From Botryllus schlosseri (taxonomy: Eukaryota): a stretch of DNA of 62,000 bases. The notes beneath the pieces are model-generated. The model ran no database searches and had not been told where the DNA came from. It saw only the letters and a program-made list of their open reading frames with translations. Below are positions 51,164 to 62,000 of this stretch, in pieces. A program made the translations under genes and the position numbers. Positions within the stretch are counted from its first letter, which is position 1; each line of letters opens with the position of its first letter. Location: contig CM119371.1 of the NCBI GenBank assembly GCA_051294905.1, positions 682,001 to 744,000 of the forward strand. Reading direction: 5' to 3'.

Positions 51164-51827
51164 TAGGGCTCTTCAAAAATGACTTTTTTTCTCAAATCCT
51201 ACTGGCTACTTGATAAAATTGTCAGGTTACCTAATTTAAGCCTACACACCAAATTTGGTTCAATTCCAACCAGTAGCCACTTTGCTACAGGAGAAGAAAG
51301 TTTCTATTAATTATATAAAATTAAATAACAACAAATTTGAAAATTTTCTGTTCACCCCATGAAAGTGTTAGGTTGTCTATAGAAACGATGTTCACCAAAT
51401 TAGGTTCAATTCCAATCAGTGGAAGCGGAGTTATTGCCGTCCAAAAATTTGGATTTGAATAAAATAGTATTTACGGTGAGCACAACTATAATAAATAAAC
51501 AAAGAATCGGTCACCGTAAATACTACTTTATTCAAATACAAAAAATTTCGATGGCAATAACTTCGCTTCCACTGGTTGGAATTGAACCAAATTTGGTGAA
51601 CATCGTTTCTATAGACAACCTAACACTTTCATGGGGTGAACAGAAAATTTTCAAATTTTTCGTTATTTATTTTTTTATAACAAATCGAAACTTTCTTCGC
51701 CTGTAGCAATGCGGTTACTGGTTGGAATTAAACCAAATTTTGTGTGTAGGCTTAAATTAGGTAACCTAACAATTTTATCAAGTAGCCAGTAGGATTTGAG
51801 AAAAAAAGTCATTTTTGAAGAGCCCTA
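51164..51827. mobile_element. Young near-perfect palindromic hAT MITE (664 bp)
   Basis: About 320-bp arms starting TAGGGCTCTTC; perfect TSD GTCCGCAT (51156-51163, 51828-51835). Confidence 0.93.
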
Positions 51828-52018
51828 GTCCGCATATTTCTCCCGCGGCCCTCAAATTCCAAAGTCAGCTCTAAGATAATTCACAAGCTTTGGGGGAACC
51901 CCTAATTTTCAGTCAGTCACTACAACCAAACCAACCACATTACACAATCAATTACATTACTTACATTGTTAGTTGTGTTTTAGCTAGTTGCGGATTTTCA
52001 AAGGTCATTAGTTCTCGT

Positions 52019-52455
52019 TGGGGTTGCATTTAAAACAAACGGTGTTTTAAAAAACATTGTCTAAAACAAGTTTTAAACAGTGTTGTAAACAGAAGTCGTT
52101 AGAAATAAAATTGTGTAAAGTTATGCCATAGGTGCGTAAATACTTTCTAAAAAACATTGTACGGTATGAGTCAAAGAACAATTACGACCCAATATAACCG
52201 ACATATATCGATATTGGGTGGTTGGAAGTTGGAACTCTAGAAATAGGCGGTTCAACAGTAATAGCACATATATTTCGTCAAATAAACTATATTCATTCTA
52301 TATTTTCAATTGTCGATGTCAATCCATTATGACGTCACAATTGAATATTCATGTAGTCGTGACTTGAAAAAAAAATTAAAAAAACATGCTTCAAACGAGG
52401 GCTTTGTTTATATCATGTTTGCTTTAAATTGATTTTTGTTTTAAATGCAACCCTA
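52019..52455. mobile_element. hAT-like MITE, GGGTTGCATTTAAAACAAA termini
   Basis: Inverted 19-bp ends; degraded TSD gttctcgt/gttttagt. Confidence 0.65.
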
Positions 52456-54260
52456 GTTTTAGTTATAGTTCTAGTTGTCAGTCATGAAAGTGATTTTTTT
52501 TAAACTATAAAAATGATTATATTGGTATTTTCTGTCGATGCTCATGAATGACAAGATTTGGAACATTTTTACTCTCAAAATCACACAATATGAACATTTT
52601 TTGTTCGACAATAAAGCGCAAAATGGGAGGTAAGGCACAGGACGGGACGAGCCTCCTGTATATTAGCGCAATAATCCATCGTAAATAGCTTTGAATCTAT
52701 AACCGATATTAGTCGAATTAAATTATCACACGCATCCATAAAATCTAGATATTGATCGACTTCTAAATTCTAAAAGTATTCGACGGTAACGCAACGTTGC
52801 ACTATACGCCTACAATTTAGCGGCGGTAGTAGATAGGTACTTTTAGCAATCAAGAAGGTGGATATCGCTATGGTACTGTTTGTAAGTCGAATTTGTAAAC
52901 GTGCATGTCACTTGCACGGCAGTTCATTTGTGGCAGCAGCTCCAGACGAAAGTAAAGTGGGTCATTTTGATTCACAAATGATTTACGACATTACAGAAAT
53001 TTCAGACTGCGCAAAGATACTATATTTCATAAGATTTGTTTGCCAGACACTGCGCACTTCCGCGTTTTCGATGTACGCAGATCGTGCAGCACGCGTGAAG
53101 ATAGTTCTACTGGCATCCACCCGCAGTTCAAGTCTATAGTTCAAAGCTTTCGCCAAACCGGTATGATTACCTCTAGGGTTGGAAAATCTGTTTACTGATA
53201 TAGTTTCATCAACTTTACTTCTCAATTCTCAAATTGGCCTGTAACAACGTTTTGCTACAAGCCCATATTTCAACGCCAGTGCAGGCACGTTATCTGATAA
53301 TCACAATATGGATGGCTAGTTCCTAATTCGGATTGGTCAACGTTAACAAACATGCAAACTTCACATCGAACCCGATTTAGATTATTGATCGTTTGCTATA
53401 GACTAGATTCTAGAAGTATTTTGCGTAGAATTTCAAAATTTGACGAATCTCTCGCGGCACCCTCGCGAGACGTGAATGACACAAAAGTTTGCCACAGTAC
53501 ACCGGTTGTAAACCACTGCCCTAGTCGTTCGTTTACTCTTTCAATCCAAACAACTAGGTCGTCTAAATTCATCTGTTGCAATTGTTATGCGACGTGGGCC
53601 TGCATTCTGGATCATAAATTCGCTGCTGTGTGCGACGTTATTAGTTCCTGCACATTCAGAAAACAATCTGGCAACCAGGTTGTGGGATGATCTTCCCCTA
53701 ATAGCAGGGCTGTAATGACAGAGTCATTTTTCGACTCGAGTCACGATCAAGCCAATGTGCGGTCTACTAGCGTCATATATTGCGCACAATTTTCCATTTT
53801 TTGCCGCCCAGCAATTAAATTACCGGTAGGTCAATCGTCATACGCGCGATCGTTGATTGACTCTGGATTAGATTTTTTGAGATAGCAGCGGATGTCTATG
53901 CTAATCCAGTATTTAGAGAATCTACGCTTCGAGGTACGGTATTACCTTCAGCCATCGCTTTCGGTTCGTGATATTGATGAAAATACTCCTGATATAGGCT
54001 ATTCATATATCAGGTATGTTCATTGAGCAGGTTGCTACTATATCGCTTCCATCGAATATGATTTTGAAAATTGCTATATTTCCCGCAAGCGACGTGAAAT
54101 TATGACACCGAAGCGATTGCTACGAACAGTGCATCGCCGCGAAAAGATGTGAATATTGCACAATATCTGAAGACGATAGACTTCTCAATGACATGAATTC
54201 CAGATTAACACATAATATTGTGTTCCTACGAATGGAATCATTTGAAAAAGTATGACTCAC

Positions 54261-54574
54261 TTGTATTCGATTTACCAGACACCTTGCAATGATGCCCAAA
54301 AGCTCGTCGTTGATACTGCAGTCGCATAAATTCAAAGAACGAAGGCTTTGATTCCTTGCTGCGAGCGATCCAATGATGTGAGCTTCATCGCGATTCAATG
54401 AGATGAAAGATGCGTCGATAACGGAAAGACCTTTCATAAGATTGTCGTCGCCCGATTCGTAGATTTCTGTATATAGTTCCATGCGAACGAATTTGTCGTA
54501 TATTCCAGTCTTCTCCTGAAGTCGCGAGCGGATCGACCGAGCAAGATTTTGTCGCTTCTGTGTTTGATCCGAGA
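54261..54574 (-). pseudogene. First LRR-containing exon of the NLR
   Basis: gacag|...|gtgagt, phase 1-0 matching the NACHT exon donor; SLRSLNLCDCSINDELLGIIARCL is an RI-like LRR. Confidence 0.85.
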
Positions 54575-55205
54575 CTGTCAAGCAATGCACAATGTCGTTG
54601 CATTCTTAATTATTCTTGCTTTACCGTTTACTTAACAATTGAATAATTCACGCCACAGTGATGAGCCAGGGTTCAGATGAAGTCATTGAACTCTAAGGTC
54701 TGGTTCACAATAACATGAGCATTTCATGCCCATCAATATCGCATATGTTCGACAAAGATCAGCTCCACAATTCATACTTAAGTGTTGGAGGTTTATTTAG
54801 GGTCACCCTCCGCAAGCTGTATCTTTCAAAAAGCTTAGAAGTGGGCCGTGCTACGAGTCGGCGGATGCAAGATCGAACATGCAAAAAATCGGCCTCGTGT
54901 AAATGACACCTTTAATCGACAGACACCATAAATACCCGAAAAAAAATGTCACATAGTGATCATCGATGGGCCCTGGTAGCACTCACGTTCAATAATCTGC
55001 GAACTTATGCAGATTTTAGATATTTAAGTTTTATGTAGCCGACTGAATGTAAAGACTTATTTACCAGCCGTGTATGAATTTAAGATCTTTCGACTATTTC
55101 ACCCATTCGATTGTGACAATACCAGCAAAATCTTGAAAAACTATAAGCGACCCATAATAATTGATCGGTGCGGCAGAATAGCCGCGGAAAACCATGATTG
55201 CTCAC

Positions 55206-56659
55206 CACTGTGAAGATCGTTATTAGATTTCGTGTAAACGATGCCTGTAACGAATCTTCGAACCACGGACCATCGTTTCTCATGTAAATGTTGGCCATCA
55301 AAGCGAATGAACATTTCGAGCTCCATTTCCGAGATAAAACTAGCTGCCAGAAATTCCTGCATGCTTTGATGACAGAAAAAGAATGTGAAGTCGCCTTCCA
55401 TCAAGTGACGGCTGAGAATGTTGTTGTCAGGCACTTTTGTCATCAAATCCTGCACTTCGTCCGAAGAAAGTGCAAAGTCATCTAGATCTGTCTTGTAGAA
55501 TACGACTCGCCCCTCTTTCATGCCTTCAAACGCCATTGCCTTCAATTTGTTGATAATCAAGAGGATTTGCTTTCTGTTTCGCATATTTTCCACACTCCGT
55601 AAGACTAACAGGATCCTGCTGTAAAGTTCTGTCACGGTAGACGGAGGAGGTCTATCTGGATTACTTCCCATCACCACTGCTATCAAAATCAGGAAAACCG
55701 GGACCGATACAAGTTGTAGTAATCGCGGTGACATGATTTCAATCTTTTCCCAGACACGCTGCCCGTTCTCAAAGAGCAGAAAAGTAAACAATTTATAAGC
55801 GTCCTGCAGTGTGAGACCATTAAGTGTGATTATTTCTTTCGGACGTGCCTCCGCCGGTAACTCAGAGACTTTGAATTCACGTGACGACACGATGATTTTG
55901 ACATGGCGAAGGATTCTGCGTGATAAGATGTTGTACATGATGGTTGATGTACTCGCGTGTTCAAACGTTTTGATATTTCGTACTGTAGACTCCTCAAAGT
56001 CCCACTTCATTTGATCAAGACCGTCGAAAATGATAATTGCTTCAGATTGATTCTCGAGCAGCCATTTAAAAACTTCATCCTCTTCATACTCAGTTTCAAA
56101 CAGACCCCAAATAGAAATTTGGAGGCTTTTATACCTCTCTCTTCTTGCATGTTCTTCAATTCAATATAATGTATCATTTTTCGCTTCGTTTCGGAAGTAG
56201 CGCGTTCACCTTTTTCTTTCACAGTGGAAATTCCAAGCGCTTTTCGTGCAATTCTACGCATTAGAGTATAGTTTTGCCTGATCCCGCCGACGCTACGATA
56301 GCAGTGTAACCCATTTCGTCATGCGGAGGTAATTCCTCTGTTTTGGATAACGATTCCATTAACTCTTCGATTGTGATCCATTTACCATCGTTGTCTTGTT
56401 GGCGGTGAAACCCAATTTCCTTTATCAACTCACTTTGCAAACTTCTCTTTAACATTCCGCGAGTGGTTTGGGCAGCAGAAGGATTTTCTTCGCGAAAACT
56501 GCCTATAGTAGTCGACAACTTTGACTTCTTTCATCCGCGGGAATACTTCAAAGTCTGGTTCACAAATAATTTCATTCTTGAAGTCTTCCCTGATGCCACC
56601 AGCCACTTCTTGTTCAGTGTGACGGTTTATAACTGCAATCAATCTCCCGTAGTTTACGT
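55206..56659 (-). pseudogene. NACHT/WHD exon with three frameshifts
   Basis: Walker A ASAGSGKT, Walker B IIIFDGLDQ (read across the frameshift at about 56105), sensor IIVSSR, VPVFL, TVTELY, MAFEGM, FFFCHQSMQEFLAA (WHD); frameshifts near 56500, 56265 and 56105. Confidence 0.92.
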
Positions 56660-57419
56660 CTGAAGAAACAAGAGTTCGGGTTATGAATGAAAATAAGTCA
56701 AAATGTTGTGAAAACTGTAGCGTTACGTCAAAATTGTACATGAAGTCAAATTTATAAGGCAAACTGCATTTCGTTGGTGTCGTAGAGGCTGATTTCTCAG
56801 TGAACCTATCATTTGACATTTTATACCTTGCAGTCTAGTGCAATAACTTCGCTTTTGGTGGTTGGAATTGAGCCAAAATTGGTGTGCATCATCTGTACTG
56901 ACGGCCTAACAATTTTCTGGCGTGGGCAAGAAATGTGAATTTTTTAAATTCAATTTTACATAATAAATCCTGAACTTTCTACGGCAAGAACTTGACTTCT
57001 ACTGGTTGGAATTGAACAATTTCATCCCGTAGCCAGTGAACCCCTAAACTGAACAATCACGCCCAGTAAATTATATCTAGCAGCTCATCTGGAAGTTCAC
57101 AGGAATAAATGGATTCTGTTGTGAGGTTTCAATCCCTTACTTTGGAAAAAATTGTGAAAACACATCAGAAATTTCTATTTCAAACGGCTGTTCACTAAGC
57201 AGCTGTGCCTGAAAACTTCAAGTACCTGTATAAAATGTTTTGCCAACATTTCGAAGTCATAGCCTAATTGACCTTTCTACTCCAACTGCCTCTGTATTGT
57301 TGTTGGAAGTTTGTAGCAATTTTTGTAGCGTGACAGTTGAAAAAGAAAAGATTCTAAAATATCTAAGATGAGTTTGAGGCGGACAAAAGCCTCGCATTCT
57401 TGGCAAATATTGGTTAGGG

Positions 57420-58045
57420 CAGTGGTTCCCAACCTTTTCCCACCCACGTACCATTTCGAGGTTTTACGCAGTGTTCACGTACCACCTACATAAGTTGCGC
57501 TCACCGGAGGCGGTCAAAACATTTTTCCGCAGTGTTGAGCTGCCAAGGGAAGCAAAACAGAAGATAAACTAACCATTTTAAGGCGCAGTATATGATTTCT
57601 GTCGTGGATCCATTTGGGATTCTTGTGGTCAAAATATTAATATGGTGTTAGGTTAGGCATGAATCCCAATGCTTTACATTTAGATCTCTTCCCCGTAGGC
57701 CAGTGGTTCTCGACCTTTTTAAACACGCCCCCTTTTCGATTGTGAAGAATTTCACGGCCCCCTTATTGTGATATCACAAAATAGTATAGAGATAAAACAG
57801 AAAGCTAGCCATCCCAACGGATAGTTTGATGGCATTAAAGGTTATAGCTACAGATGAAAGAATTTCCCAATATGAAATTAGAACAATATACTGAGCCGGA
57901 TCAAAATAAAAAAAAACTCAAAATCAACCCCACCTGAACGAATAACTCCCTTCGGTCGAAAAGAAAAACAGAATCTACTCCCGTACCACCTGAAAGACCT
58001 TCGCGTACCACTAATGGTACGTGTACCACAGGTTGGGAGCCACTG
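57420..58045. mobile_element. hAT-Charlie-like MITE
   Basis: CAGTGGTTCCCAACC / GGTTGGGAGCCACTG; TSD ggttaggg/gtttaggg; a second CAGTGGTTCTC end lies inside at 57701. Confidence 0.85.
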
Positions 58046-58930
58046 GTTTAGGGGCGAGTTCAGCAGTGTTCGCCTTCTAAAATTAGAAACTTCCGTGCTC
58101 AAGGTATGTCACAATGAAACGGTGATGGCACAGAACTCTACAAATACTTTCCTCGGTGCGAAGTTGCCTGGCAATGGTACGCCTACGCAATATATGTAAT
58201 CGAAATGCGGCAGTGAAAGGCAAAATGGGCGAACACCGCTTCTTTATCCCATTTCCATGTCATGTTTTCAGATTAAGTTATTTTGCTAACAGAACGTTCA
58301 TCCCAATAAGCAATGCACCAGATGCACAATACATACAGTATACATAGAAGGAAAAATCGTGTCTGGAAATATATCATTGGGGATTTCTATCGTCGATAAG
58401 TTAATCAGTTACTCAAATCAGTATTGGGCACAACACAATAGGTTTCGACTTTGCATTTATTGAAATTACATGAAATGCCGATGGTGATGTGATGTGAGGT
58501 TCAACAGCCGAATGAGTCATCAATTTACCTGCAACGATATAGTTCATTGATGGAAACTTTCCTGGTCATCATGTATTTTCAACCATACATACAACATTGC
58601 GAACGGAAAATATTTAAATGAACTCACCTTTACAGCGTGATGTACTTTGTTCAAGCACCACTTCGAGTTTAGCTTGATCTTTCATTGTAAAGTGCACATC
58701 GCCACCGGTTCCTTGAATGATTGCGGCTAGAGTAAAATTTGCCTAATAATAAGTAATGAAAAATACCAAATATATGACACACAGCCCCAGCCAGCACACC
58801 AATTTTCACACCATGACGTGTCAAAGCTGAAGTTTCCATGCACTACTTCAGTATAATTCATGTCAAATTAATTGTGCACTACTTTAAGATCTCGAATTAT
58901 CCCTCAACACATCTCCCTCACGTTATATAG

Positions 58931-60402
58931 CAGGGGCGGGCAACTTCTCCAGTCGGCGGGCCGGATATAGAACAATTAAGTACTTGGCGGGCCGGATTGC
59001 GGAATCGATACATTATTCGCCCATTTATCCACATATACAAGAAATAAATCGTATTTAATAAATGTATTTTAACGACAGCAATGTCACTTCAAAGCCATTT
59101 CTCCGATAATGGCGAAGACAATGTGGATTTGAGAATAACATTGTCATACAGGCGCCACCATGTCTGCTTCTCTCTGATCAATCAACACACGGTGCAATCC
59201 CTAATTAAGATTTCAAGGCGTTCGATAATCCCGGTAACCCTAATTTACCAAGATATCAATCAGGGTTGTAACCAAGTCACAATGCTCCGAGTCACAAGTC
59301 AATCTCACTTTTATAGTTTTGACTCGTGTCAAGTTTAGTCATTTTCAATTCACCACCGACTCAAGTCCAAGTCCAAGTCATTGAGCAGAGGGTCGAGTCC
59401 GAGTCATGGTATTATGACTCGAGTCCGAGTTCAAGTCATTGTGTTGACTGCTCAGTTGCCAGTTAAAGTCTTGTTAAACCCTATAACTCTGTTTGGTGAT
59501 ATCGAATGAGTCGCATTTATAATATACTAATTTTACTCACTTTTAGCAGTTTTGGTCGCATTTGCAAGTACCTGTACCGATAGACGAAATCCCAATATTC
59601 TGGTTACTTTACTATTCTTCAAAATTATGATGAAATATCGGTCTTGGACGTCCAAGTCTCGAGTCATATGACTTGGTTCGAGTCATGCACAATGACTCGA
59701 GTCCAAGTCGAGTCAATACACAGATTGACTCGAGTCGAGTCATTTCCGGATTTTGAGAAAACGACTCGAGTCAAGTCGAGTCATCAGAAAATCGTGACTC
59801 AAGTCGGACTCGAGTCGAGTCATGACTCGAGTCATTACAACCCTGATATCAATTCACTATGGGGTTGAGTAGGTGACGTGATAGCGTCGTTGTTCAATTG
59901 TGTGGTCTAAGTAATCTCGGATATTGAATTCATACGGCCCGCGTTTTCTACGAAATTTGTAAAGTGGCCTGCGACCCGTTTTGAGATGGCGACCCCTGGC
60001 ATAAGCGGTGCCTTACAAAAGCCTAGAAGTGTGCCGTGCTACAAGTCGGCGGTTACGGAATCAAAAATAGGAAATATCAGCCTGGTGTGAATGACCGTTG
60101 AAGTCGACAAAAATCATGATTACCACAGACGGCATTAGGGTTGGGTGCATCGTGAATGCCAATAAGGCAAGTCTTCTCGCTTCGACGAACTTACGCGTAT
60201 GCTCCACTCTCGCAACGATGTTCACACACGTATATAATAACATACAGTCATTAAATTTGACGTAGTATGCAAGTAGTGGGGAATCTCGGCAGACTGGGGC
60301 CGCGGGCCACATTATCATGTAAGACGGAAAACTGTCCGCGGGCCGGACAAAATCCCTTCGCGGGCCGGATCCGGCCCGCGGGCCGTATGTTGCCCAACCC
60401 TG
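58931..60402. mobile_element. hAT-Charlie-like element with nested MITE
   Basis: CAGGGGCGGGCAAC / GTTGCCCAACCCTG; GCGGGCCG subterminal motifs; perfect TSD TTATATAG (58923-58930, 60403-60410). Confidence 0.85.
59261..59845 (+). mobile_element. hAT MITE, CAGGGTTGTAA family
   Basis: Perfect TIR CAGGGTTGTAA; perfect TSD ATATCAAT (59253-59260, 59846-59853). Confidence 0.93.
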
Positions 60403-62000
60403 TTATATAGGATTATCTCCAACAAATTCTTTGGAACCAGGTATTGCATCTTGCAGTGAGCAGCGTGTCGAAATCGGAATAAGAGGCATGAGTATTGTAC
60501 CACTTTTGAGAGTAATAACCCTTTGTACAATGGAGAAGCTCCAAAGCTTTTTTGCCACAACGAATAACTGAATATCATTATGTTCGAGAGCTACAAATTG
60601 AATTTTCATGATATTTGTCCATTGCACCGGAAAATATTCTTTAGTTTAGTGTTGTTTTAAACCACAACATCACAAGTTATGGTATATAATAAAGGATGCT
60701 TCGTTGGAATTACATTTACTCGCAGTTCTTTTTCAGGATGAGTCTTTTGCTTGTTGAAGCAGAATCTAGGGTAATGTTGGATGATGGTCTACTAGGTATT
60801 AACAGTAGAGGGTTCAAGTTCAAAATGAGGTCTATATACAAAGCGTGTACGACCAACTAATATCAACCTCAAAAATTATTTTACACCGGTAGGGATGATT
60901 TTTTCAAGTACAAGCATCTTCCTGAACACATTACCGTAATTTTCCTAGTATAGTACGCCCCCATGTATGCACCCTTGAAATGGCGTGTAAATTCTGGGAA
61001 AAAGCCTGTACCCATGTATAGTACACACCTAGCATTCACAGTACACGAGAACTGAGCAGTTACATAGGTGCCCAATTTTCCCTAGGTATGCGGAGATCGA
61101 TGACGTCACAACGGACGTCAGAATTGACAAATGAGCCGACTCACCAGCGTTCAATATCACCTTTCCGTTGTATATGGTGACAAAATTGCGATATAATTAT
61201 TAGCAGACGCGTAGCCAGCTGGCCGCTAGCTGAAGTGAATGAATTCATTTCAAAATTTACTCAAGTTACAGGAATTCTTTAAGCAAATGGAAAGCCTGTT
61301 CTGGACTTGAGTCATTAGTGACTCTGATTTCAGAGAAGCCAGAATTTCGATATGAAGAGCCTGCATATCAAAACATTTTCTAATCGCCCTGTTTTAGTAT
61401 TAGTGTTAATCAAAATCATTTACGCCTCTGTATGTTCACGGTCAGTCTGTATTTCAATCAATTCCGTCCACGTTCAATGTCCAAGCCAGTCTGACATCAC
61501 AATCACAGAAGACCCGATAGTTCTGGCCGGCGCATGAGATATCATAATCCTGCACAGCAAGTGATGGCAATCGCCACATTTATAGAAATTGATATCTTTA
61601 GAAATGACGTCACGTCTCGGTCTTGTCGCCTCGCGTTGTGTCTTTTAAATACTTGCGTTCGATCAATGTATTAAGGTGCATAGCTATCCGAAAAACAAGG
61701 GGGTTCCGATTTTTTTTTGTACTTACTAATATGGAATCAATTCGTCAAAATATACAATCTCCTCGTGTTGATTAACTCGCCTCTCTGATAAGCTTGTTAA
61801 CGAGTCCGGAGTACCTGATCTCTGGTGAACAATTAAATAGGTCCTTATCAACGCGCATTACGGGGCCTCCGCGTAGATGCAATTCCGGAGTCTCATTGAC
61901 GTAAATTCTGATTTTTGTTCGATGCATTCCGTCGGACGGACTGGTAGCGCAGGCTGCTGTTACACTTTCGAATGATTGTACCGTTTTAAGACTGCATGGT

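Larger units (their letters stand above)
42077..58726 (-). pseudogene. NLR-type (NACHT-LRR) immune receptor pseudogene, multi-exon
   Basis: NACHT exon 55206-56659, LRR exon 54261-54574, and phase-consistent exons 48197-48301, 45708-45803, 45044-45199, 43137-43220, 42835-43002, 42666-42727, 42308-42360, 42077-42150 (terminal TGA); upstream exon 58628-58726. Linkage of all exons into one gene is inferred. Confidence 0.7.

Noticed and set aside
55065..55140. Small exon-like segment after the NACHT exon
   Set aside because: It contains a stop and breaks phase; the NACHT donor is directly compatible with 54261-54574.

Overview
AT-rich, repeat-dense animal genomic DNA with short GT-AG introns; a marine invertebrate such as a tunicate is my inference, not proven. 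No prokaryotic features, CRISPR, rRNA or tRNA were seen. (1) A minus-strand multi-exon NLR-type (NACHT + LRR) pseudogene spans about 42.1-58.7 kb and possibly reaches 61.6 kb; it has three frameshifts in the NACHT exon and several in-frame stops. (2) Further minus-strand exons run from about 40.5 kb to the left edge, including a repeatedly duplicated exon cassette whose best copy reads as a SAM-like domain. (3) There is a near full-length, inactivated CR1-group (L2/Crack-like) LINE and a 5'-truncated relative, both with (TC)n tails. (4) An 8-kb internally deleted hAT element duplicated a splice donor as its TSD and contains two nested elements: a Foldback-like element with minisatellite arms and a 9-bp TSD, and a P/Galileo-like long-TIR element with a 7-bp TSD. 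(5) Many hAT MITEs have recognisable 8-bp TSDs. Most ORFs in the supplied track are spurious. All exon calls are manual reads of splice sites and reading phase.
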